A DNA stretch of 32,000 bases from positions 990,001-1,022,000 of the forward strand of contig NC_007205.1 of the NCBI RefSeq assembly GCF_000012345.1. The letters are read 5' to 3'. Below are positions 8,832 through 15,890 of this stretch, piece by piece. The stretch's first letter is position 1. The number at the start of each line of letters is the position of its first letter. The translations under genes were made by a program, and so were the position numbers. The DNA comes from Candidatus Pelagibacter ubique HTCC1062 (GTDB lineage: Bacteria; Pseudomonadota; Alphaproteobacteria; Pelagibacterales; Pelagibacteraceae). The notes under the pieces are model-generated. The model was given only the letters and a program-made list of their open reading frames with translations, did no database searches and had not been told where the DNA came from.

Positions 8832-8868
8832 TATTACTATTGATAACCATTAATTATCGTTAGTAATA
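8832..8868. repeat. 37-bp imperfect palindrome (15-bp arms, 7-bp spacer) next to the recombinase start; candidate recombination core site or operator
   Basis: Left arm TATTACTATTGATAA (8832-8846), spacer CCATTAA, right arm TTATCGTTAGTAATA (8854-8868). 13 of 15 positions are complementary. Only 3 nt separate it from the recombinase ATG (8826-8828, minus strand). Confidence 0.5.
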
Positions 8869-9126
8869 TATTAAGTGATTTCTTATGTCAATAGCTATAA
8901 TTTAAGATAATGAAAAAAGAATATCTTATTATCTTATCCATACTTTTAGTTTAGATCATTGTCTCTATAGAAACAATTATGGAAACTACTTATGAATTAA
9001 GAGCCAAATTAAAATATGCGAAGAACATTACAAGCTATAAAAAAAAATTGATAAATGTAAAAGGGCTTCAAGTTTTGAAAATTTAAACAATTAGTATATA
9101 TATCAATAATTTAAAATTGTTATTTA

Positions 9127-9570
9127 ATGCAAATGATTAGAAAATTAGAGCAAAAAGACAAAGAAAATTGGAATAAATTATACAATGGTTATGCTGATTT
9201 CTACAAAGTCCCAATGAATACAGGGATTTTAGACACTCTTTGGGGCTGGATTCACGATGAAAGCCACGATGTTAAGGGTCTTTGCTTTGAATTAGAGGGT
9301 AAAATCGTTGGAATTGCTCATTACAGAACAATGCCAAGACCAATTAAGGGTCAATATATTGGTTTTTTAGACGATTTGTTCGTAGAGCCAGAATTTAGAG
9401 GTCAAAAAATAGCTCAAAAACTTATTAGTCACCTAAAGTCATTATCTGAAACCAATAATTGGGATGGAATTCGTTGGATCACCCACTCCTCCAATGAAAA
9501 TGCAAAGAAATTATACGATAAAATAGCTAATAATACTGGATTTGAACTCTATGAACTTAAAGGGAACTAA
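9127..9570 (+). CDS. GNAT-family N-acetyltransferase
   Basis: 147 aa. Acetyl-CoA binding region LDDLFVEPEFRGQKIAQKLISHL, followed by the typical ...NENAKKLYDKIA helix. Confidence 0.8.
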   Translation: MQMIRKLEQKDKENWNKLYNGYADFYKVPMNTGILDTLWGWIHDESHDVKGLCFELEGKIVGIAHYRTMPRPIKGQYIGFLDDLFVEPEFRGQKIAQKLISHLKSLSETNNWDGIRWITHSSNENAKKLYDKIANNTGFELYELKGN

Positions 9571-9829
9571 GCTTCAGCTAAAAGTTTGGAATTACCTAAA
9601 GAAAATACCCAAAGGTAAAGTTAAAACCTACTTGGAAGTTGCTAAAGCTATTGGAAAACCTAAGGCATTCAGAGCTGTTGCTAATGCAGTGGGTAAAAAC
9701 CCCTATCCAACTAAAATACCCTGTCATCGAGTAATCAGATCAGATGGAAGTCTAGGCGGATACTCTGGAAAAGGTGGAATTCAACAAAAACGACGTTTAT
9801 TGAGATCAGAAAAAGTCTTCATAAAATAG
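9542..9829 (+). CDS. MGMT-family protein: stand-alone C-terminal domain of methylated-DNA-protein-cysteine methyltransferase with active-site Cys retained
   Basis: 95 aa. HTH region TYLEVAKAIGKPKAFRAVANAVGKNP, then the active-site motif IPCHRVI and GSLGGYSGKGG. It overlaps the GNAT ORF by 29 nt (20 nt if the ATG at 9551 is used). Confidence 0.85.
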   Translation: MNSMNLKGTKLQLKVWNYLKKIPKGKVKTYLEVAKAIGKPKAFRAVANAVGKNPYPTKIPCHRVIRSDGSLGGYSGKGGIQQKRRLLRSEKVFIK

Positions 9830-10037
9830 TACTTTTAACCTCAAAAAACGCCAAAAACCCTTGTTATTGAACATTTTTTAGGTATTTTGCCATATTTTCG
9901 TTTAATTGCTGTAATACATCCTTCAGTTGTACTACAAATATACTTTTGGCTAAAATAGACCATCCTATGAGCGTTTAAACAGTATATTCTCATACTGCAT
10001 TGCTCTACTTGTCAACAATAGCAACGATTATAGAGAG

Positions 10038-10067
10038 AGTAAAAAAGACCATTTTACTAGTTTTTTT
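10038..10067 (+). terminator. weak intrinsic-terminator-like hairpin plus T7 run
   Basis: Stem AGTAAAA (10038-10044) pairs with TTTTACT (10052-10058). The loop is 7 nt, followed by AG and TTTTTTT (10061-10067). The stem has only one G-C pair, so it is low-stability. Confidence 0.3.
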
Positions 10068-10425
10068 AACCCCCTATTCTACACTATAAATACTCTAATT
10101 TTAACAAAAATACCCTATTAATTGAAATAAGTATTTAATATCAATACTAAATCACAATTTTAGCCAGCTTAAGAACTATATTTAATTAACTAAAAATTAA
10201 AATTACCCAATTCTAGCTTTTTCAACGTTAGAAAAATAGATTTATGCTACTTTTATTTTATTTTAAGCTATTTTAGTAACTATAATTTAACTATTTTTAA
10301 ATATTATCATATTTTATCTGTAATTTTTATAAATTAATAATATTATAATTAAATCAATAATTACAGTGGCATATAATATATTAATAATGTATAATATTAG
10401 ATATTAGTAAACAAGTAATACCTAG

Positions 10426-11274
10426 TTAATAGGATTTTATATAAGATTCTCTTCTAGAGATATAAACTCCACTCATAATAATAATGGATAAGCCTAAGAA
10501 TGTCCAATTATCAGGAAAGTCACTAAAGAAGTAATACCCAATAATTATATTAGTAATGATTTCAAAGTAGCTAAATGGAGCCAATTTAGAGGCATCAGCG
10601 TATTTAAGTGATAATATAAGAAATAAGTGCCCAATGCAGGCAAATACGCCTATTGAGGCCATCATAGACCATTGAGAAGGAGTTGGATTAACCCATACAA
10701 ATGGCATTAATCCTGAAACGGCGATTAACCCAACTAATCCGGTTAGTAATAAAGTTAATAAAGGGTTATCTGAAGTGCTTAATTTACGTGTAATTATTAA
10801 ATAGAAACCATACATTACACCTGTTCCTAATGCAGCTAGACTGGCCAAGTTAATCTCCACAAAACCTGGTCTTATAACCACTAGAGAGCCTATAAATCCT
10901 ATAATAACAGCAGTCCACCTTCTTATACCCACCTTCTCACCCAAAAATATAGGAGAAAATGCAGTAACAATTAAAGGTGCTACAAAAGCAAGTGTCAGAG
11001 CTTTAGCTAGAGAGATAACAGATATTGCGTAGAAAAAACAAATATTAGCAGAAAGTAGTATTAACCCTCTTATTATTTGTAACTTAGGCTTATCTGTCCA
11101 AACAAGCTGCTTATTATAAAACAAGAACATTATTGGAAGAGTGAATGCGACCGTAAAAAAATATCTAGCCCACGTGATCTGTAAAACGGGCATATCGGCA
11201 CTTAAATATTTTGCAAAACCATCCATGATTGGAAGCATTACCCAGGCTAAAAGGTTAAATATGATGGCTTTCAT
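10426..11274 (-). CDS. EamA/DMT-superfamily permease
   Basis: 282 aa. Polytopic membrane protein with about 10 hydrophobic helices arranged as two EamA-like repeats. Confidence 0.82.
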   Translation of the reverse strand: MKAIIFNLLAWVMLPIMDGFAKYLSADMPVLQITWARYFFTVAFTLPIMFLFYNKQLVWTDKPKLQIIRGLILLSANICFFYAISVISLAKALTLAFVAPLIVTAFSPIFLGEKVGIRRWTAVIIGFIGSLVVIRPGFVEINLASLAALGTGVMYGFYLIITRKLSTSDNPLLTLLLTGLVGLIAVSGLMPFVWVNPTPSQWSMMASIGVFACIGHLFLILSLKYADASKLAPFSYFEIITNIIIGYYFFSDFPDNWTFLGLSIIIMSGVYISRRESYIKSY

Positions 11275-11291
11275 AAGCCAATAGATACAGT

Positions 11292-12194
11292 TTAATTAAA
11301 GTATTTTAAAGCAAAGAATACGACAACAGGAATAGTAAAAAAAGACATGACTGTTGAAACAACAATGGTACTAGCAACACTATCTACAATCTTTTTTGGC
11401 GAATAAATTGATGCCACAAGATAATTTAAAACAGCGCTGGGCATTGAGCATTGAATTAATAGAACACCAGCAGCAAAACCTGAAAGGTTAAAATATTTTA
11501 TTATTGAAAAACCAATTATTGGGCCAAGTATTACCCTTCCTATTGATGATATAAATGCTTTTTTGAATGAAAAAATCTTAAAACGAGTAAGAGCAATTCC
11601 TAAAGACATTAATATTAAAAAAATCGTAGCATACATTAGCAGAAAAGTTGTATTTTCAACGAAGAGAGGAAGTTCTATTCTAAAGTATAGAAAGATTACT
11701 GAAATTATAATTGCATAAAAAGGTGGGTTTTTAAGAATTACACTTATATCAAATTTTCTATCAGCAAGAAATACTCCAAGAGTAAAATGGCATAGCACTA
11801 TTAAGGCTGAAATTGCAGCAGCGATACCCAAACCTTGAGTGCCGTAAGCGAATAAACATATTGGTAAACCCATATTACCAGTATTAGGCATAACAAAAGG
11901 GGGTAACTCACGAATAATATCTTTAGTATTTAAAAAAAATAAAAAAACTATACCTACTATTGTAAAAATAAAAATTGCTATCAAATAGTACCAAAAATAA
12001 TTTTTAAAAATGTCAAAAGACATTCCAGTTGATGTTAAAGAATATATTATCATTGCTGGAGTACCAATATTTGCTGCAAAGGTAGTAATAAAAGATGTAT
12101 CTAATTTCGGATTATTTTTGCCAAGATAATAACCAATACCAACAACAAAAAAGACAGGAAATAAAACCTCAAACAGTTTTAGATATATTTCCAT
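11292..12194 (-). CDS. AEC (auxin efflux carrier) family transporter
   Basis: 300 aa polytopic membrane protein. The N-terminus LFEVLFPVFFVVGIGYYLGK and overall layout are typical of the Mem_trans/AEC family. The start overlaps the hom stop. Confidence 0.78.
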   Translation of the reverse strand: MEIYLKLFEVLFPVFFVVGIGYYLGKNNPKLDTSFITTFAANIGTPAMIIYSLTSTGMSFDIFKNYFWYYLIAIFIFTIVGIVFLFFLNTKDIIRELPPFVMPNTGNMGLPICLFAYGTQGLGIAAAISALIVLCHFTLGVFLADRKFDISVILKNPPFYAIIISVIFLYFRIELPLFVENTTFLLMYATIFLILMSLGIALTRFKIFSFKKAFISSIGRVILGPIIGFSIIKYFNLSGFAAGVLLIQCSMPSAVLNYLVASIYSPKKIVDSVASTIVVSTVMSFFTIPVVVFFALKYFN

Positions 12195-13486
12195 TAATTA
12201 TAAATTCTAATCAATGTTGGGTATCTTAGAATATTTTTGTCTTTATTAAAAACAGAAAGACAGTTCTTAGAATTAAGTTCATTAGTTTTATGAGTAATAA
12301 TAACAATAGTAGCTTTATTATTTTTTTTGTCAGGAGTTTGGATTAATCTTTTTACTGAAATTTTATACTTAGCTAGTCGGTTTGTGATTGTTGATAAAAC
12401 ACCTGGTTTGTCTTTAACTTCAAATCTCAAATATAGTGAATTTACATAATTATTAACGTTGTAACATTTAATCAATTTACGTTTACTGCCTGGAATACCA
12501 AATGGCTTCTTAATATTACCTCTTAAAATTGAAAGTAAATCTGATAATAAAGATGAAGAAGTAGGTCCAGGGCCAGCTCCCTCCCCTTGCAATATACTTT
12601 CACCCACAGGTTTTCCTTCGAGAATAACAGCATTCATAACACCACCAACGTTACCAATATAAGAACTTTTACTAACTAAGCATGGGTGTACAGTTTCAAA
12701 AAGTTGGCCATTAATTAGTTCTGAAATGCCAAGGAGTTTGATTCGTAAATTTAATTGATTGGAAATTTCTATGTCTTTTAATTCAATTTTTTCAATACCT
12801 TCCAATAAGCATTTATGTTTTGAAATTTTAGTATTAAAAGCTAGAGCAGACAAAATTCTTACTTTAGCAAATGCATCAAAACCATTTAAATCTAATTTAG
12901 GGTTACCTGGTTCAGCGTATCCCAATTTTTGAGCTTTTTTTAATACATTTAAAAAACTATCATTAGAATTTTCCATTTCTGAAAGAATATAATTAGAAGT
13001 ACCATTTAAAATTCCATAAACTTTAGAAATTTTGTTAGTTGCAAGACCCTCTTTAATGGTTCTTAATATTGGAATACCACCAGCAACAGATGCTTCAAAT
13101 TCTAAATTAACATTATTTTCCTCTGCTAATTTTCCCAAATAATCACCATGTTTAGAGATAAGTGCTTTATTAGGAGTGATTACATGTATTTTATTTTTTA
13201 AAGCAGTTTCCACAACTTTTTTTGAAATCCCATCTGACATACCTATAGCTTCAAATAAAATATCTACTTTGGTCTTATCAAAAATTTCTAATGGGTTTTT
13301 AAAAAAAATTTTTTTATTAACTTTAAATCTTCTTTTTTTAGAAATGCTTCTTGCCGAAACAGCTACAACGTTAATCTTTTTACCTGTCTTAAGTTCAATA
13401 TCTTTTTTTTTAGTATTAAGTTCATTTAACAAATAAATACCAACTTGTCCTAGACCAACTACAGCAATGTTGATTATATTTTTCAT
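12194..13486 (-). CDS. hom: homoserine dehydrogenase
   Basis: 430 aa. NAD motif VVGLGQVG, catalytic-domain blocks GILNGTSNYILS and GYAEPGNPKLDLNGFDAFAKVRILS, and a C-terminal ACT-like domain. Confidence 0.92.
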   Translation of the reverse strand: MKNIINIAVVGLGQVGIYLLNELNTKKKDIELKTGKKINVVAVSARSISKKRRFKVNKKIFFKNPLEIFDKTKVDILFEAIGMSDGISKKVVETALKNKIHVITPNKALISKHGDYLGKLAEENNVNLEFEASVAGGIPILRTIKEGLATNKISKVYGILNGTSNYILSEMENSNDSFLNVLKKAQKLGYAEPGNPKLDLNGFDAFAKVRILSALAFNTKISKHKCLLEGIEKIELKDIEISNQLNLRIKLLGISELINGQLFETVHPCLVSKSSYIGNVGGVMNAVILEGKPVGESILQGEGAGPGPTSSSLLSDLLSILRGNIKKPFGIPGSKRKLIKCYNVNNYVNSLYLRFEVKDKPGVLSTITNRLAKYKISVKRLIQTPDKKNNKATIVIITHKTNELNSKNCLSVFNKDKNILRYPTLIRIYN

Positions 13487-13711
13487 CTATTGGTTAATAT
13501 CTGGGTATTCTGAATTTTTTGAATAATCTTTAAGAAAGAGGTTAAATTCATCAAAAGTCATAGATTTGTAATCACCAGTCTTTTTTAATATCTGAGAAAG
13601 TTTTTTTTCATCAGTAGACTTTTTAATAGGATCTTCATTCCAATAAGTAGATTCGTTGTTTAATGAGCACGAAGTTAAAAATACAATTAGGGATAAAAAT
13701 AAGTATTTCAA
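13487..13711 (-). CDS. small lipoprotein of unknown function
   Basis: 74 aa. Signal peptide with lipobox (LIVFLTSC). Packed between argC (4-nt ATGA overlap) and hom (abutting). Confidence 0.6.
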   Translation of the reverse strand: MKYLFLSLIVFLTSCSLNNESTYWNEDPIKKSTDEKKLSQILKKTGDYKSMTFDEFNLFLKDYSKNSEYPDINQ

Positions 13712-14730
13712 ATTAATCCTTTTGTTTCATTAAAACCATATTTGATATTCATATTTTGTATTGCTTGACCTGCCCCACCTTTAATCAAATTATCAATAAC
13801 AGATAAAATAATAACTCTATTTTTATACTTAGTTTTACAAATTACTATAGAGCAATTATTTGTGTTAATTACGTCATTTGTACTTAACAATGAATTTGTT
13901 TTTAAAATTTTAACGAATCTGTTTTTTGAATATTGACTCTTTAAAGTGTTTTCTAAATTTTTAATACCTACACCTTTGTTAAGGTCTAAGTAAATAGTAC
14001 TAAGTATCCCTCTAAACATTGGTGTTAAATGGGGTGTGAATGTAAAAGAAAATTTCTTTTTAGTGTAGTTTTCGATTTCTTGTTGAATTTCAGAGTTATG
14101 TCTATGGAAACCAACACCATAAGCGCTTAAGGATTCATAAAGATTTTTATTCTTATATTTTTTATGCACGCCTCTTCCAGCACCAGAGTAACCAGATTTT
14201 GAATCTATAATAACATTATCTGTTTTTATTAAATTTTTCCTAACTAATGGAATAAGTGGTAAAAGTATTGATGTTGGGTAGCAACCTGGACATCCGATAA
14301 TATTAAATTTCTTTAATTTGTCACCATTTATTTCTGGTAATGAATAAATTGATTTTTTAATATTTTTGACAGATCTGTGTTTTTGTTTGTACCATTTTAG
14401 ATAATTTGATGCTTTATTAAGTCTAAAGTCTGCAGCTAAATCAATTAATATATTGTGTTTTAATAAATCATTTGAAATATCTTGTGCTTCACCATTAGGT
14501 AGAGCTGTAAAAACAAGGTCTATGTTTTTTAAAAGTTCTTTATTGTATCTAATAATTTTAGGTAATTTTTTTGAACTTAATGACTTTTCATAACTTGAAA
14601 TATTTTTTCCAACAGACGTATTACCACAAAGATATTTAATGTTAACATTGCTGTGTTTAACTAATAATTTAATTAATTGAACACCAATATAACCTGTTGA
14701 ACCAGCAACTAAAACATTAAGCTTAGGCAT
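13708..14730 (-). CDS. argC: N-acetyl-gamma-glutamyl-phosphate reductase
   Basis: 340 aa. N-terminal VAGSTGYIG and the active-site Cys block IIGCPGCYPTS. Confidence 0.92.
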   Translation of the reverse strand: MPKLNVLVAGSTGYIGVQLIKLLVKHSNVNIKYLCGNTSVGKNISSYEKSLSSKKLPKIIRYNKELLKNIDLVFTALPNGEAQDISNDLLKHNILIDLAADFRLNKASNYLKWYKQKHRSVKNIKKSIYSLPEINGDKLKKFNIIGCPGCYPTSILLPLIPLVRKNLIKTDNVIIDSKSGYSGAGRGVHKKYKNKNLYESLSAYGVGFHRHNSEIQQEIENYTKKKFSFTFTPHLTPMFRGILSTIYLDLNKGVGIKNLENTLKSQYSKNRFVKILKTNSLLSTNDVINTNNCSIVICKTKYKNRVIILSVIDNLIKGGAGQAIQNMNIKYGFNETKGLI

Positions 14731-14765
14731 TTTTTTTATTATAACAGTTTAGAGTTAAAAAAGAA

Positions 14766-15215
14766 TTATCTTTTCGAGAATTGGAAGCTTCTTCTTGCTT
14801 TTCTACGACCAGGTTTTTTTCTTTCAACCGATCTAGAGTCTCTAGTATTAAGCTTTTCTGTCTTAAGTACTGCTCTATTCTCTGAATCAAATAAGATTAA
14901 TGCTTTAGCAATACCATGAACCATTGCACCAGCTTGACCTGTGTGACCACCACCTGCTACGCTACATCTTACATCATAATCAGTTGCTTGGTTTATAATC
15001 TCAAATGGTCTTGTGATTTGCATTTTGTGACTTCCGCTAGTGAAATACTCATCCATAGTTCTGCCATTAACGTAAATTTTGCCTGTACCTTTTTTCACCC
15101 AAATTTTTGCAATAGATTTTTTTCTTCTACCAGTTGCGTATTTACTATCTTTAAAATCTAATTTAATTTTAGGTTTTTTTGTAGATACTTTATTTGGTGT
15201 AGCTGTTGTTACCAT
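14766..15215 (-). CDS. rpsI: 30S ribosomal protein S9
   Basis: 149 aa. GGGHTGQAGA and the C-terminal RDSRSVERKKPGRRKARRSFQFSKR hallmark. Confidence 0.95.
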   Translation of the reverse strand: MVTTATPNKVSTKKPKIKLDFKDSKYATGRRKKSIAKIWVKKGTGKIYVNGRTMDEYFTSGSHKMQITRPFEIINQATDYDVRCSVAGGGHTGQAGAMVHGIAKALILFDSENRAVLKTEKLNTRDSRSVERKKPGRRKARRSFQFSKR

Positions 15216-15216
15216 A

Positions 15217-15678
15217 TTAATTTCTTATTAAATTTTTACTGTTTAATTTACCTAGGTCTAAAAGTTTTGGGTTTTGTGCTGCATGAGGGTGTTCTTCACC
15301 AGCATAAATTTTTACTTTAGTTAACTGTTTTCTTCCTAGAACTCCCCCAGGTAACATTCTTTTAATAGCTAATTTTAATGTCTCGCCAGGTTTATTTTTT
15401 TCTAATAACTTTTCAGGAGTAATTTCTTTAATTCCACCTGGGTGACCAGTATGTCTATAATATTTTTTATCTTTAAATTTTTTTCCTGTGAACTTTGCTT
15501 GTTCAACATTTTTAACAACAACAAAATCACCATCATCCATATGAGGTGTAAAAGTTGTTTTATTTTTTCCTCTAACAATCATAGCAATAATAGAAGCTAA
15601 TCTGCCAACTACAGCATTTTTAGCGTCTATCTCAAACCAGTTACTGTTTAAATCACCACTTTTTAGAAATTTTGTCAT
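15217..15678 (-). CDS. rplM: 50S ribosomal protein L13
   Basis: L13 pattern MTKFLKSGDLNSNWFEIDAKNAVVGRLAS... The ORF extends upstream to 15735. The ATG at 15678 gives the canonical L13 N-terminus and length (153 aa), so that start is preferred. Confidence 0.92.
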   Translation of the reverse strand: MTKFLKSGDLNSNWFEIDAKNAVVGRLASIIAMIVRGKNKTTFTPHMDDGDFVVVKNVEQAKFTGKKFKDKKYYRHTGHPGGIKEITPEKLLEKNKPGETLKLAIKRMLPGGVLGRKQLTKVKIYAGEEHPHAAQNPKLLDLGKLNSKNLIRN

Positions 15679-15761
15679 TGTGCGAGGATTAATACTATTA
15701 TTAGATATAATGTCAATTTTATATTTCTCTTGCAATATCTTGCTTAAATGATATTTTTATA

Positions 15762-15805
15762 TAGCCGATTTGTTCCTATTGCAGGCTAGTTATTGCTAAA
15801 AAGGA
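15762..15805 (+). promoter_or_regulatory. SAM-II-like riboswitch aptamer (first of a tandem pair in the metY leader)
   Basis: P1 TAGCC (15762-15766) pairs with GGCTA (15784-15788). The loop begins GATTT..., and the 3' tail TTGCTAAAAAGG fits the GAUUU / UUGC / GCUAAAAA pattern of SAM-II as I remember it. A U-run follows. No covariance-model scoring was done. Confidence 0.5.
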
Positions 15806-15826
15806 TTTTTTAACCACATTATCGGT

Positions 15827-15883
15827 AGGCGCATTTGAACTGTATTGTACGCCTTGCATAAAGCAAAAGTACTAAAAAAGGAG
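15827..15883 (+). promoter_or_regulatory. SAM-V-like riboswitch aptamer overlapping the metY ribosome-binding site
   Basis: P1 AGGCG (15827-15831) pairs with CGCCT (15850-15854). The loop starts CATTTG, and the 3' strand TTGCATAAAGCAAAAG can pair back to the loop U-tract (pseudoknot/triplex geometry). AAGGAG SD at 15878-15883 sits 7 nt before the ATG. This motif class was originally described upstream of metY in Pelagibacter. Confidence 0.55.
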
Positions 15884-15890
15884 TATTAAG

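Larger units (their letters stand above)
342..10425. mobile_element. putative tRNA-Glu-adjacent genomic island / hypervariable segment (glycan-modification cassette, Cre-like recombinase, GNAT/MGMT cargo)
   Basis: It is bounded by a tRNA on the left and by core genes (eamA-like, hom, argC) on the right. G+C is markedly lower: hand counts give 6/60 and 16/60 for the lines at 721 and 601, versus 30/60 for the hppA line at 22021. It holds an intact recombinase and the window's two largest non-coding gaps. No att direct repeat was found, so boundaries and mobility are unproven. Confidence 0.4.

Noticed and set aside
8979-9086. 35-aa basic ORF (METTYELRAKLKYAKNITSYKKKLINVKGLQVLKI) in the recombinase-GNAT spacer, considered as a possible excisionase or regulator.
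   Set aside because: No Shine-Dalgarno sequence and no recognisable HTH or excisionase motif. ORFs of this length arise by chance in AT-rich spacers.
9841-9963. 40-aa minus-strand ORF (MVYFSQKYICSTTEGCITAIKRKYGKIPKKCSITRVFGVF) in the 596-bp gap, possibly a gene remnant.
   Set aside because: No homology that I can recognise and no proper RBS spacing (AGG abuts the ATG). I keep it only as a possible pseudogene fragment, to be tested by blastx.
7872-10425. Integron-like layout: a recombinase divergent from a short array of plus-strand cargo genes followed by non-coding DNA.
   Set aside because: The recombinase box II (HSLRSGFATS...GHKSTEMVRRYIKD) is Cre-like, not the XerCD/IntI-like ...LGH...TT.IYTHV type. 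I saw no GTTRRRY core sites at ORF boundaries. GNAT and MGMT overlap by 20-29 nt, so they cannot be separate cassettes.
342-10425. Looked for an attR-type direct repeat of the tRNA-Glu 3' end (GGTTCGATTCCCCCAGGGACCGCCA) at the far end of the island.
   Set aside because: By-eye scanning of 8829-9126 and 9830-10425 showed no recognisable copy or fragment. A computational search is still needed before this is definitive.
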